Of a DNA stretch of 64,000 nucleotides, positions 48,993-59,309 are shown piece after piece. Position numbers and translations under genes: made by a program. Source of the DNA: Thermodesulfobacteriota bacterium (lineage in GTDB: Bacteria; Desulfobacterota_D; UBA1144; Nemesobacterales; Nemesobacteraceae); NCBI GenBank assembly GCA_965207685.1, contig OZ242294.1:1027896-1091895 (forward strand), in the 5' to 3' direction. Under the pieces are notes generated by a model. That model saw only the letters and a program-made list of their open reading frames with translations, was not told the DNA's origin and did no database searches. The stretch's first letter is position 1, and each line of letters begins with the position of its first letter.

Positions 48993-51900
48993 GTGAACGG
49001 TAACAAGCCCACGCTCGAACTTTCATCCCACCTTGAAAACCCCATGGTGGAGAAGTTTCTTGCGCACCCGCCCGGAAAACCGGCCGATCTTGCGGGTCTT
49101 TACGGAAACTCGCCCTACTTTGTTCTAGCGCTTCTCTCCGAGGCGCCGGGCAAAAAGGTGCTTCATGTCTGCGAGCAAAGAGAGCAGTGCGTCCACGCGG
49201 CGCGGAGCATCTCTTCTTTAAAAGGAACGGAAATCCCTGTTCTTCTCTCAAGAGGAATGGAGAAAACCCGCTCCCTTTTCGAGAAAACGGAAATCACAGA
49301 GCCTGAAAAGCTTCACTCTATTTTCAGATGGAAGCAAACCGGGGTGCTCTGCGCGGACGCGGCAGCACTTGCCGAGGTTCTGGCTCCGCCCCACACCCTC
49401 GAGGCCGAGAGCTTCACTATAGAGGAGGGAGCACGGGTCGATCGGGAGGAACTTGCACAAAGGCTCCTTGGAATCGGGTACAGCGAGGTGGATTTCACGG
49501 AAAAAAGGGGAGACATGAGCATCCGGGGCTCTATAGTGGACCTTTTCTCCCCGGGGTCGCGGAATCCCCTCAGGGTGGAACTTTTCGCAGACAGGGTGAA
49601 TTCGCTTCGGGAGTTTTCTCCCGCAACTCAGAAATCCATCAGGAAAACGCAGAAAGCCGTGATCAATCCGGCTTCCTTCGCCGTTTACCGCCAAACAAGC
49701 AAGGACTATCTGGTCGGGCAGATTCTCGCCCGAGCCGACGAGAAGGGGCTTACCTCAAGCGAGGTGGAACCTATTCTGGAAGCGTTTGAGAGCGGTTCGT
49801 ACTTCAGGGGGATCGAATGGTTCACGCCATTTTTCTGGAACTCGCGGCAATGCGTGCTCGATTACCCGCAAGAGGATCTAATAGTGAGCCTCCCAATCGG
49901 GTTTGACGAGGAAGCACTGCTATTAAGACTTGAGGAAAAGTTCGAAGCGAGAAGAAAATCTCTGGGAAAACTTGAAAAATCACTTCCCCCGTTTGAAAAA
50001 CTATACCTTGGAGGAAAAGAACTTGCGGAAAAACTCCGGGAATCAAGGCTCACATACCCGGGGGCGATGGGTATAAGAACCGGAGGAAAAAACAGCCTTA
50101 AGTTCAGCACAGAAGAGATATCGTTTTCGAAACCTTCGCTTAAGGTCTTCATTAACAAGGCAGAAGAACTCACCAAAAACGGTTACAAGGTGTTCATTTT
50201 TTTCACTTCACAGGCGGAAAGAGAGAAATTCCTCAAGCTTACAGAGAGCCCTCCTGACAAGGGGATGGTGCATATAGTCGGAGAGCTTTTCGAAAGCACG
50301 GTTCTTCACGACTTCAAAATCGCCCTTCTCACGGAAAAAATCCTTGTCGAGAAAGCCAAAAGCCGAGGCGCGGCCTTCGGAGGAAGTGATATACCCTCCG
50401 CTTTTCTCACTTCGTTCAGCCAGCTCAAACCCGGGGACTACATAGTTCACAAGGAATTCGGAATAGGGGTTTTCAGGGGGCTAAGAAGGCTTTCCTTTGA
50501 GAACAGCCAGGGCGATTTTCTCGAGTGCGAATACAAAGACGGGGACAAGATATTCGTTCCGGTCGAGAAGTTAGCGCTGGTTCAGAAATACATGGGAGCT
50601 GGAAGGGAGCCTAAGATTGAAAAGCTGGGAAGCGCGAACTGGAAAAAAACCGTCGGCAGGGTTAAAAGGGCCGTTGAGGAGATCGCGACCGAACTTGTGG
50701 AACTCTGCGCAGAGAGAAAAGTCGGAAAAGGCTTTCAGTTCTCGCCGAGGGACCAGATGTTCAATGAATTCGAGATGGAGTTTCCCTGGAGCGAGACCCC
50801 GGATCAGTCGGCGGCGATAGAGGACGTAATGTCAGACATGGAATCCGAAAAGGCCATGGACAGGCTTATCTGCGGAGACGTCGGGTTCGGAAAGACCGAG
50901 GTGGCCCTGCGGGCCGCTTTCAAGGCATGCCTTGACGGAAAACAGGTCATGGTGATCGCGCCCACCACCCTTCTCGCAAGCCAGCACTACCGGACTGCGC
51001 TTTCCAGGTTCAAAAACTACCCCGTGAGCATCGGTATGCTATCACGATTCACAACAGGCAAGAGAGAAAAAGAGACGCTGAATAGGCTTGAAAATGGTTC
51101 CCTCGACCTCATAATCGGAACGCATAAACTTCTCGGAAAAAGAATAAAACTTAAAAACCTGGGACTCGCTGTGATAGACGAGGAGCAGAAATTCGGAGTA
51201 AATCACAAAAAGTCCATAAGGTCGATGAAAAACGCCGTTGATGTGCTGACGCTCTCGGCAACCCCCATCCCGAGAACCCTGCAGCTTTCCCTCGCCGACG
51301 TAAGAGACATAAGCGTGATAAATACCCCTCCCGAGGGACGACAGCCCGTGGAGGTGTACATTCAGCAGTTCAACACCGCTGCGATAAAGGAAGCTGTGGA
51401 GAAAGAGATTGCAAGAAACGGCACGGTTTTCTTCATACACAACAGGATAGAGGACATATTGGAGAAGGCGAACCTTCTTCAGAAGCTCATGCCGAAACTG
51501 TCAATAGGAGTAACGCACGGTCGAATGAACGAAACGCGGCTCTCAAGAACCATAGAGCAGTTCACCGATGGGGAAATAGACCTGCTCGTAACCACCGCGA
51601 TAGTGGAATCCGGACTCGACATACCAAAAGCCAACACGATAATAGTGAACAACGCCCATACCATGGGTCTGGCGGATCTCTACCAGCTTAAGGGACGTGT
51701 CGGAAGATCAGACAGAAAAGCATATGCATATTTTCTCGTACCATCCATAAGCTCCCTCACTGAGGATGCCAGAAAAAGGCTAGAGGTTCTCTCACGCCTC
51801 ACCGACCTTGGAAGCGGATTCAAGCTCGCCACGGCCGATCTCCAGATAAGGGGGGCCGGCACCCTTTTCGGAGAAAAGCAGTCAGGACACATAGCGGATA

Positions 51901-52370
51901 TAGGGCTTGAGTTCTATCTCGAACTGCTGAGGGATACGATTGAAAGCAAAAGAAGGGGCGAAGACCACACCCGTGAGATCAGACCGGAAATAAAAACGCG
52001 GGATGACGCGTTCATCCCCGAGCATTATATTCAAAGCGGTTCAGAGAGGCTTTTTTACTACAAAAAAATCTCATCGGCGGGGAAACGCGGAGAAGCAAGA
52101 GAAATCGCCGGGGAAATCGAAGACAGGTTCGGCGCAATACCCGATCCGCTGAAACGTCTCGTTCTCATCGCGGAACTGAGAATCGCGCTCGGGGAGAGGC
52201 TCATAAAAAAGGCCGAAATAGGAGAGAACACGGCTACTCTGAGTCTTGTGGACGGAAAAACCCGCGGGCGGGAGAGGAAGCTCAGCATTCCCCTTCCACC
52301 CGAGGACAGGTACGAGGCGCTGATAAGCGCGGTGGAAAAGGTGGAAAAACCGGCCCGGGCCCATGTATAG
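48993..52370 (+). CDS. mfd: Transcription-repair coupling factor
   Basis: 1125 aa. UvrB-homology N-terminus, an SF2 helicase core (DVGFGKTEVALRAAF, DEEQKFGV, TATPIPRTL), and a TRG motif region. Confidence 0.9.
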   Translation: MNGNKPTLELSSHLENPMVEKFLAHPPGKPADLAGLYGNSPYFVLALLSEAPGKKVLHVCEQREQCVHAARSISSLKGTEIPVLLSRGMEKTRSLFEKTEITEPEKLHSIFRWKQTGVLCADAAALAEVLAPPHTLEAESFTIEEGARVDREELAQRLLGIGYSEVDFTEKRGDMSIRGSIVDLFSPGSRNPLRVELFADRVNSLREFSPATQKSIRKTQKAVINPASFAVYRQTSKDYLVGQILARADEKGLTSSEVEPILEAFESGSYFRGIEWFTPFFWNSRQCVLDYPQEDLIVSLPIGFDEEALLLRLEEKFEARRKSLGKLEKSLPPFEKLYLGGKELAEKLRESRLTYPGAMGIRTGGKNSLKFSTEEISFSKPSLKVFINKAEELTKNGYKVFIFFTSQAEREKFLKLTESPPDKGMVHIVGELFESTVLHDFKIALLTEKILVEKAKSRGAAFGGSDIPSAFLTSFSQLKPGDYIVHKEFGIGVFRGLRRLSFENSQGDFLECEYKDGDKIFVPVEKLALVQKYMGAGREPKIEKLGSANWKKTVGRVKRAVEEIATELVELCAERKVGKGFQFSPRDQMFNEFEMEFPWSETPDQSAAIEDVMSDMESEKAMDRLICGDVGFGKTEVALRAAFKACLDGKQVMVIAPTTLLASQHYRTALSRFKNYPVSIGMLSRFTTGKREKETLNRLENGSLDLIIGTHKLLGKRIKLKNLGLAVIDEEQKFGVNHKKSIRSMKNAVDVLTLSATPIPRTLQLSLADVRDISVINTPPEGRQPVEVYIQQFNTAAIKEAVEKEIARNGTVFFIHNRIEDILEKANLLQKLMPKLSIGVTHGRMNETRLSRTIEQFTDGEIDLLVTTAIVESGLDIPKANTIIVNNAHTMGLADLYQLKGRVGRSDRKAYAYFLVPSISSLTEDARKRLEVLSRLTDLGSGFKLATADLQIRGAGTLFGEKQSGHIADIGLEFYLELLRDTIESKRRGEDHTREIRPEIKTRDDAFIPEHYIQSGSERLFYYKKISSAGKRGEAREIAGEIEDRFGAIPDPLKRLVLIAELRIALGERLIKKAEIGENTATLSLVDGKTRGRERKLSIPLPPEDRYEALISAVEKVEKPARAHV

Positions 52371-52424
52371 TATAGTCTCGGGGTTGGTTCGGTAGAGAAA
52401 AAACGGTTTGCAAGGAGACTTCAT

Positions 52425-53348
52425 ATGAAAAAACCATGGTGGTTCGCGGTCGTAGCGCTTTTTGCGGTTTTTACGGCGATACCCGCCCATGCGGCGGTCG
52501 TGGAAAAAGTGGTGGCCGTGGTGAACGACAGGATAATAACCCTCAGCGAACTCAATCAGGAGCTAAAGGAAGTAGTCGTAAATCCTGAGGCGGAAGTAAA
52601 CGTCCGCGAAGTGCTCGACGCCATGATAGATCGTATCCTGCTCGATCAGCAGGCGGCCGCGAGGAAAGTATCAGTAAGCGACGAAGAGGTAAAAGCGATA
52701 GTAAAAAGCCAGCAGGAAGCGCTCAACCTCGATGAAGCAGCCATAGCCGAGGAGCTCAAGAAACAGAATATCACGGAGGAACTCTTCTACCGCCAGTGGA
52801 AATACCAGATACTCTCAAGAAGGCTTCTTGACTTAGTCACGCAGGGAAGCATAGCGGTAACAGACGAAGAGATAGAGAAATACCACAGAGAGCACTACGA
52901 AGTAGAAGGCAGCACTTACGGAAGGCAGACCAAGATCGCTCACATACTGATCAACAAGGAAGCGGAAAACGCCCTCTCCAAAGCACAAGAAGTGCTGGAA
53001 CTCGCAAATTCCGGTGAGCCATTCGGGGAACTCGCCAGAAAGTACTCGATGGATGAATCATCGGCGCAAGGCGGCGGACTGCTGGGATATTTCGTCAAGG
53101 GAGACCTGGTTCCCGAGATTGAAAACGCCGTTGAGCAGACCGAAGTGAACGGCATCGCGGGGCCGGTAGAGAGTTCCCGCGGCTACCACATAGTAAAAGT
53201 TCTCGAAAGAACCGAGGAAGGAGAGTCCTCGGTCTCCCGGTACAGAGACCGCATAAAGCACCAGATCTACATGGAGAAGGTTGAGCGGTTCATAACCTCC
53301 TGGCTTGAGGACATCAAGAAAAACTCATACATAGAGATAAAGATCTGA
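52425..53348 (+). CDS. Periplasmic peptidyl-prolyl isomerase, SurA/PpiC (parvulin) family
   Basis: Signal peptide MKKPWWFAVVALFAVFTAIPAHA, a SurA-N-like chaperone region, and the parvulin domain (AHILI...GGDLGYF...GYHIVKV). Confidence 0.75.
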   Translation: MKKPWWFAVVALFAVFTAIPAHAAVVEKVVAVVNDRIITLSELNQELKEVVVNPEAEVNVREVLDAMIDRILLDQQAAARKVSVSDEEVKAIVKSQQEALNLDEAAIAEELKKQNITEELFYRQWKYQILSRRLLDLVTQGSIAVTDEEIEKYHREHYEVEGSTYGRQTKIAHILINKEAENALSKAQEVLELANSGEPFGELARKYSMDESSAQGGGLLGYFVKGDLVPEIENAVEQTEVNGIAGPVESSRGYHIVKVLERTEEGESSVSRYRDRIKHQIYMEKVERFITSWLEDIKKNSYIEIKI

Positions 53349-53360
53349 GGTTCCCCGTAT

Positions 53361-56279
53361 TTACTCTTCCTCGGCGTAAGCTTCGAGGGGGAGACACGTG
53401 CACACCAGATTCCTGTCACCGTAGGCATTGTCTATTCTTGATACCGGCGGCCAGAACTTGTTAGCCCTCAGGTAAGGTAGCGGGAAGAAAGCCTTTCGGC
53501 GGGAATAGGGATGTTCCCAGTCGGAAGACACAAGATCCAGCACCGTGTGGGGAGAGTTTATAAGCACGTTATCAGAAGGATCCGACCCGCCGTCGATGAT
53601 CTCCTGGACCTCCCCGCGTATCTTTATCATCGCGTCGCAGAACCTGTCCATTTCCTCCAGGGATTCACTCTCCGTGGGCTCCACCATCAGGGTTCCCGCA
53701 ACCGGCCATGACATCGTCGGTGCGTGGAACCCGTAATCCATGAGCCTCTTGGCCACGTCTTCCACGGTTATTCCCGCGCTTTTCCCAAGCTCGCGCAGGT
53801 CGAGTATGAATTCATGGGCGACCCTTCCGTTCTCTCCCTCGTAGAGAATATCGTAGTGCTGCCCGAGCCGGGTCTTAAGGTAATTGGCGTTCAGTATCGC
53901 GTACCGCGATGCCTCGCTCATCCCGTCCCTTCCAAGAAGCCTTATGTATCCGTAGGATATAAGCAATATGCTCGCACTTCCCCAGGGAGCCGCGGATATC
54001 GCCCCGCAGGACTTATCTCCCCCTACCCCTTCCACAACAGCGTGTCCGGGAAGATGTGGGGCAAGGTGGGGTGCAACGCATATGGGGCCCATTCCAGGCC
54101 CCCCGCCTCCATGGGGGATGCTGAAAGTCTTGTGCAGGTTTATGTGGCATACGTCAACACCAATCAGGGAGGGAAAACAGAGTCCTACCTGCGCGTTAAG
54201 ATTCGCCCCGTCCATGTATACCTGCGCGCCATTTGAGTGAATTATGTCGCATATCTCGCTTATTCCGGACTCGAACACCCCGTGGGTCGAAGGATATGTG
54301 ATCATCAGGCAAGCCACTTTCCCTTCGTTTTTACTGCAGCATTTTCGAAGGTCGTCTATGTCCACATCCCCGTTTTTCCGGCACTTTACCACCACGACGT
54401 CCATACCTGCCATGCGGGCGCTTGCGGGATTGGTTCCGTGCGCGGAAGAGGGAATCAGCACCACGCGCCTTTCGGTCTCTCCTTTCTCCTCAAAGTACTT
54501 ACGTATGACCATAAGGCCCGCGTACTCTCCCTGGGCTCCGGAGTTAGGCTGAAGCGAGCAGGCATAAAGCCCGGTTATTTCGCAGAGATACTTTTCGAGT
54601 TCACTAATCACCCGTGCGTATCCCGCCGCCTGATCCCGTGGGGCGAAAGGATGGATTCTCGAGAACTCCTCCCAGCTTATCGGTACCATCTCGGTCGTAC
54701 CGTTTAGCTTCATGGTGCAGGAACCGAGAGGAATCATGGAATGGGCCAGGGAAAGATCCCTGCCCTCGAGGGTTTTTATATACCTGAGCATCAGGGTTTC
54801 CGAATGGTAGCGGTTAAAAACAGCCTGGGCAAGGAAATCACCCTCCCTAAGAAGGTTCTCGGGCACAGACACAATTGTGCGCGCGCGGTCCGCGGTGACA
54901 GATGCCTCCTCGCCAAGTTCAAGGGAATCCGAAAAAAGCGACAGTATCTCAGCCACATCTTCCTCGGTTACCGTTTCGTCAAGCGATATGCAGACTTTGC
55001 GGTCCGGAAGATATCTGAAGTTGATTTTTCTTTTGAGAGCCTCCGCGCGAAGCGTTTCAAAAGATTCCTCCCCGCAGGGGAAAAGATCCACGAGTAGGGT
55101 GTCGAAAAACGCCCCGTTCAGTTGGGCAAGCCCCATTTCCCTGAAGCCCAGATCAAGCATCTTCGCAAGCGTGTTTATCCTCCCGGAAATGCGCCGCAGC
55201 CCGGCCGGACCGTGGTAAACCGCATACATCGAGGACATTATGGCGAGCAGGGACTGCGCGGTGCATATATTGGAAGTAGCCCTCTCTCTTCTTATGTGCT
55301 GTTCTCTGGTCTGAAGCGCCATTCTGTAGGCGGGGTTCTTGTCCCTGTCCAAAGACACCCCGATTATTCTCCCCGGAACCTGCCTTCTGAACTCGTCTCT
55401 CGTGGCGAAATACCCGGCGTGGGGACCGCCGTAGCCGACCGGGACCCCGAATCTCTGCGAAGTTCCCACGACGGCGTCGGCTCCGAAGCGCCCGGGAGGG
55501 GTAAGCAGCACGAGGCTCATCAGATCGGCCGCGACCGCGACCATGATACCGTGGCCGTGAGCGCTTTTTACGAATTCCGAGTAATCCCTGACTTCTCCGA
55601 ATGCATCCGGATACTGCAGCAGCGCTCCGAAAAAACTTCCGTCAAGCGAAACGTTCTCCTCCTCTCCCTCAACAATTCTTATCCCCAGGGGCTCGGCGCG
55701 GGTCTTCAGGAGATCGATGGTCTGGGGAAAACATCTTCGGGAAACGAAAAACCCGTCGGCGTCCGCCCTCTCCCGCTTCGCGCCGCTTAGCCTGTGGAAC
55801 ATGGCCATGGCTTCGGCGGCCGCCGTTGCCTCATCGAGCAGCGAGGCGTTTGAAAGTTCCATTTCCGTAAGTTCCGAAATCACCGTCTGGAAGTTAAGGA
55901 GGGCTTCAAGGCGTCCCTGCGATATTTCCGCCTGGTAAGGAGTGTACTGGGTATACCAGCTTGGATTCTCGAGAATGTTCCTTAGTATGACTGCCGGGAC
56001 CTCGCAGTCGTAGTAACCCAGACCTATGTAGGACCTGAATATGGTGTTCTCGCACGCGATACCTCTTATATGGTCAAGATAGGCGCTTTCGGTCATGGCA
56101 GCGGGAACGGACATTTCGGTCTCTGAAAGCAGGTCAGCCGGTATGGTTTCCCGCACCAGTTCCTCAAGACTTCCGGCTCCGGTGCACGAAAGCATCTCGT
56201 TCGTTTCCTCGGGCGTGGGACCTATATGCCTCGCCGAGAAGAAGTCCTCTTGTTCATAAATGCCGTTTTCGTTTCGCAA
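53361..56279 (-). CDS. gcvP: Glycine dehydrogenase (decarboxylating), single-chain P-protein
   Basis: 972 aa, with the PLP-lysine region NLHKTFSIPHGGGGPG. Confidence 0.95.
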   Translation of the reverse strand: MRNENGIYEQEDFFSARHIGPTPEETNEMLSCTGAGSLEELVRETIPADLLSETEMSVPAAMTESAYLDHIRGIACENTIFRSYIGLGYYDCEVPAVILRNILENPSWYTQYTPYQAEISQGRLEALLNFQTVISELTEMELSNASLLDEATAAAEAMAMFHRLSGAKRERADADGFFVSRRCFPQTIDLLKTRAEPLGIRIVEGEEENVSLDGSFFGALLQYPDAFGEVRDYSEFVKSAHGHGIMVAVAADLMSLVLLTPPGRFGADAVVGTSQRFGVPVGYGGPHAGYFATRDEFRRQVPGRIIGVSLDRDKNPAYRMALQTREQHIRRERATSNICTAQSLLAIMSSMYAVYHGPAGLRRISGRINTLAKMLDLGFREMGLAQLNGAFFDTLLVDLFPCGEESFETLRAEALKRKINFRYLPDRKVCISLDETVTEEDVAEILSLFSDSLELGEEASVTADRARTIVSVPENLLREGDFLAQAVFNRYHSETLMLRYIKTLEGRDLSLAHSMIPLGSCTMKLNGTTEMVPISWEEFSRIHPFAPRDQAAGYARVISELEKYLCEITGLYACSLQPNSGAQGEYAGLMVIRKYFEEKGETERRVVLIPSSAHGTNPASARMAGMDVVVVKCRKNGDVDIDDLRKCCSKNEGKVACLMITYPSTHGVFESGISEICDIIHSNGAQVYMDGANLNAQVGLCFPSLIGVDVCHINLHKTFSIPHGGGGPGMGPICVAPHLAPHLPGHAVVEGVGGDKSCGAISAAPWGSASILLISYGYIRLLGRDGMSEASRYAILNANYLKTRLGQHYDILYEGENGRVAHEFILDLRELGKSAGITVEDVAKRLMDYGFHAPTMSWPVAGTLMVEPTESESLEEMDRFCDAMIKIRGEVQEIIDGGSDPSDNVLINSPHTVLDLVSSDWEHPYSRRKAFFPLPYLRANKFWPPVSRIDNAYGDRNLVCTCLPLEAYAEEE

Positions 56280-56340
56280 TCACAACTCTCCCCGAAGAAC
56301 CGAGTGAAATTCCCTTCCCCATCCATACCACCGAGACATA

Positions 56341-56739
56341 TCAGTCATCTTCCTCATCTTCTATCAGTTCTTCGTAACCGGAAGGATCAAGAAGACTCTC
56401 GACTTCGCTTTCGTCAAGTTCGTCGGTATGTATCTTTACGATCCATCCGTCGCCGTAAGGGTCGGCGTTTACGAGTTCCGGAGAATCCACGAGAAGATCG
56501 TTCACCTCGGCAATTTCCCCTGAGACCGGAGCGAAAAGCTCAGAAACCGCCTTTGTCGACTCCGCCGCGCCGAAGGAATCTCCCTGAACGAGTTCCTCCC
56601 CTTCAACCGGCAGTTCAACAAAAACTATCTCCCCCAAGGCTTCCTGCGCGTAATCCGTTATTCCGATCACGGCCCTGTCCTCTTCAAACCTCACCCACTC
56701 ATGCTCCTCAGTATATTTCAAGTCTTTCGGTACACTCAT
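56341..56739 (-). CDS. gcvH: Glycine cleavage system H protein
   Basis: EHEWV...ESTKAVSELFAPVSGEI carries the lipoyl-lysine motif. Confidence 0.95.
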   Translation of the reverse strand: MSVPKDLKYTEEHEWVRFEEDRAVIGITDYAQEALGEIVFVELPVEGEELVQGDSFGAAESTKAVSELFAPVSGEIAEVNDLLVDSPELVNADPYGDGWIVKIHTDELDESEVESLLDPSGYEELIEDEEDD

Positions 56740-56766
56740 AACCTAAATGCTCCTTTATATTCGTTC

Positions 56767-57861
56767 TTAAGACATACTGTCCTTATGAAGCGGAAATTCA
56801 GAAGAAACCGCCTTTCTCACATCTCCCCGGATCTCAATCCCTATCTCATCTCCGCACTTAACTCCACCCGAGGCTACCGAAGCAATGCCCACGCCAATAT
56901 CAAGAATCGGTGACATGGTGCCGCTTGTAACCTCTCCTATCCTTTTTCCATTCTTCATTACCCCGTAGCCATGCCTGGGAACCCCCCTCTCAAGCATCTT
57001 AAAACCGATGGCTTCTCTGGACGTTCCGCTCTCCACCTGCTCCAAAAGCACGTCTCTGCCGATAAAATCGCCTTTGTCCATCTTCACGTATCTATTAAGG
57101 CCAGCCTCTACCGGAGTTGTTTTCTCATCCAGTTCGTTTCCGTAAAGAGGATATCCGGCTTCTATGCGAAGCGTATCACGCGCTCCCAGACCGCAAAGAG
57201 CAATCCCGAATTCGCTTCCGTTTTCAAAAAGCTTCTCCCAGATCCCAACCGCGTCTCCCGCGGGCACGAACAGTTCAAAGCCGTCTTCACCCGTGTAACC
57301 CGTCCTGGCCGCTATAACTCCTGCCGCATCACCTTCAAGAACCCTGAAAGAGAACCTCGGGAAATCCCGCACGCTCTCCTCGCCAAGCGCCTTTTCCATT
57401 ACTGATACAGAGCAGGGTCCCTGAACGGCTATCTGCGCGTAGGCCGAACTCGCATCGGTTATCTCAACGTCAAGTCCCTCGCAATTATCACCGATCCAGC
57501 GGTAGACTTTCTCAGTGTTGGACGCGTTTACGCACACAAGGAAATGCTCGGCCGAGAACCTGTAGGTTATAAGGTCGTCAATCGCCCCGCCGTCAGGGTA
57601 GCAGAAAAGACCGTACCGGGCCCGACCGTCGCGAAGCTTTGCCATGTCGTTGGTGTTAAGTTTCTGGCAGAGGGCTTCAGCCTGGGGCCCGGTGATCTCT
57701 ATTTCTCCCATGTGGCTTACATCGAAAAGGCCGCAGGCGGTCCTGACAGCCCTGTGTTCCTGCCTTATACCGTCGAACTGAAGAGGAAGCTTCCACCCGG
57801 CAAAATCGATCATCCGCGCCCCGAAACTCTTGTGTGTTTCGTATAAAGGGGTGTAAGTCAT
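56767..57861 (-). CDS. gcvT: Aminomethyltransferase (glycine cleavage T protein)
   Basis: 364 aa with the GcvT fold (LFDVSHMGEIEITGP). Confidence 0.95.
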   Translation of the reverse strand: MTYTPLYETHKSFGARMIDFAGWKLPLQFDGIRQEHRAVRTACGLFDVSHMGEIEITGPQAEALCQKLNTNDMAKLRDGRARYGLFCYPDGGAIDDLITYRFSAEHFLVCVNASNTEKVYRWIGDNCEGLDVEITDASSAYAQIAVQGPCSVSVMEKALGEESVRDFPRFSFRVLEGDAAGVIAARTGYTGEDGFELFVPAGDAVGIWEKLFENGSEFGIALCGLGARDTLRIEAGYPLYGNELDEKTTPVEAGLNRYVKMDKGDFIGRDVLLEQVESGTSREAIGFKMLERGVPRHGYGVMKNGKRIGEVTSGTMSPILDIGVGIASVASGGVKCGDEIGIEIRGDVRKAVSSEFPLHKDSMS

Positions 57862-57868
57862 ATATTAG

Positions 57869-57897
57869 ATTAAACATCCTAAAAAGTGGACTGTCAA
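57869..57897 (-). promoter_or_regulatory. Candidate sigma70-type promoter for gcvT, lying between gcvT and the IS end
   Basis: Minus strand TTGACA-17 nt-TTTAAT. The -10 hexamer ends 7 nt before the annotated gcvT ATG and there is no SD. This implies either a leaderless transcript or a mis-set start. Confidence 0.3.
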
Positions 57898-57920
57898 AAC
57901 AACTGTTAACAGCAAATGGA

Positions 57921-59309
57921 ACTGTCCGCTTTTATAGCACGCGAGTTGTCCGCTTTTGCTTTTTTCACTTCAGCCTCCCAGGGCGTAGCCCGAAGAGGGT
58001 GAAGTGAAACTGCGGGAACCCCTTATCCGGGTTCTCGGTCTGCTTTCGCCTCCTTTGTTTTTTAACCTGCCTTCACTGTCATATCCGCCCAGCCTGCGCT
58101 TCCCATGATACACAGACATGCTCCCGTCCGAATACTCATGCACAACTACCTTAGCCCTCACAAAATGATAACGATCCTTAACCGGCGGGATCTGCAAACT
58201 CATACCCTTGTACCTCACGCAGTTGTCGTTGCCCACTACCCTCCGATGCTTCAAACACAGTATATCGTCAAGGTTGGCATCAAAAAGCGGTACAAACGCT
58301 TCCCCCTTCTCCGCCGCGGCCACCATGAAACGCCTGTTGAAATCCTCTATGAAACTCTCCTCCAAAAACCTGTTCGCCTCTTCCATCTCCACTATACCAC
58401 GCTCACGCAACTCCGCGGGCAACCTTCCCTGCAAGGTCCCGAACATCCTCTCGCTGCGCCCCCTGGCCTCAGGGGAATATCCCGGTATCATCAGAATGCC
58501 CAGCTCACCCATCGCTCGCCCAAACTGCGTTGGATTCTCCTTGTCCACCTTCTCTCCGGCCACCGGAGTGCTCCAGTAGTGAGGCCCCCGGTCACTGTAA
58601 AAACTCAAGAATATCCCTTTACTCTCCAATACATCCCTTACCCCTCTCATGCTGCTCCAGGTCCCTTCCTCCGAAACAAAGAAAGCGCTGTATATCTCCC
58701 CGGTGGCGTCGTCCATGGTCACCACAAGGTCCCACACCTCCCGGGGAACCCACCTGTGAGTGCTTGCGTCCTGGTGTATCATCTCCCCGGCACACTCCCG
58801 CCGCTGCCTGCGCTGGCGGTGCACTCCCCCTCCCCGGGGCCTCCTCGCCACTCCCGCAGAGTAAAGGGTTCTCTTCACCCAGTTGTAGCAGCGACGGCCT
58901 CCGTGGCGCTCTTTATACGCCTCGTAGAAGTGAGCCACGTTGCGTTCGGGGTAGAGGGTCTTGTACAACTCCACCACCTCCGAGATCTCCTCCTGCGGGG
59001 CCCGGTTGTGGGAGAGTGCTCCCAGGCGCTTATCCAAAAGCCCACGCATCCCTTCGTCCCTGTATCGGACCGCGTAACGACGAAACGTTCTCTCCCCTAT
59101 CCCGAGCTGCTCTGCTGCTTCTGCCTGTATAACCTTCTTCTCCTTCCACCTCCGGTATACCCTCTCGAACTGGTTCATCCTGACTCTTTGCAGAAACCTC
59201 GTCTGGTCCATGAATACCTCCTCCTTTGGAGAAGATAAATCCAGACAATCGCCCTTCAGCAAAACCGGACAGACGGCGTGCTATACTTCCGGACAGATGG
59301 CGTGCTATT
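57921..59309 (-). mobile_element. IS element (about 1.39 kb) with a single DDE transposase gene and subterminal repeats, GC-rich relative to its flanks
   Basis: Left end 57934-57960 reads TATAGCACGCgagtTGTCCGcTTTTGCT. The reverse complement of right end 59258-59285 reads TATAGCACGCcgtcTGTCCGgTTTTGCT. An additional partial copy of the TGTCCG-containing unit lies outside each inner repeat (57923-57933 and 59289-59309). GC content rises sharply between these points. Confidence 0.8.
57970..59262 (-). CDS. DDE-type transposase (HTH plus rve/integrase core, ISNCY/IS1202-like)
   Basis: N-terminal HTH QAEAAEQLGIGERTFRRYAVRY. The core carries acidic residues in IHQDASTHRW, VTMDDATGEIY and FYSDRGPHYWS. 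The probable true start is the internal Met (MDQTRF..., 59209-59211). Confidence 0.8.
   Translation of the reverse strand: MLKGDCLDLSSPKEEVFMDQTRFLQRVRMNQFERVYRRWKEKKVIQAEAAEQLGIGERTFRRYAVRYRDEGMRGLLDKRLGALSHNRAPQEEISEVVELYKTLYPERNVAHFYEAYKERHGGRRCYNWVKRTLYSAGVARRPRGGGVHRQRRQRRECAGEMIHQDASTHRWVPREVWDLVVTMDDATGEIYSAFFVSEEGTWSSMRGVRDVLESKGIFLSFYSDRGPHYWSTPVAGEKVDKENPTQFGRAMGELGILMIPGYSPEARGRSERMFGTLQGRLPAELRERGIVEMEEANRFLEESFIEDFNRRFMVAAAEKGEAFVPLFDANLDDILCLKHRRVVGNDNCVRYKGMSLQIPPVKDRYHFVRAKVVVHEYSDGSMSVYHGKRRLGGYDSEGRLKNKGGESRPRTRIRGSRSFTSPSSGYALGG

Noticed and set aside
57862-57969. A glycine riboswitch upstream of gcvT
   Set aside because: Only about 60 nt lie between gcvT and the IS end. 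I could not find the conserved aptamer elements (GGAGAG...ACCGAAGGGGCAA...CUCAGGCAAAAGGAC). The TGTCCGCTTTT repeats there are IS subterminal repeats, not riboswitch helices.
58105-59238. A 377-aa plus-strand ORF and other long ORFs inside the IS
   Set aside because: They are antisense to or out of frame with the DDE transposase. Long spurious ORFs are expected in GC-rich DNA, and the Pro/Arg/Leu-rich translation is artefactual.
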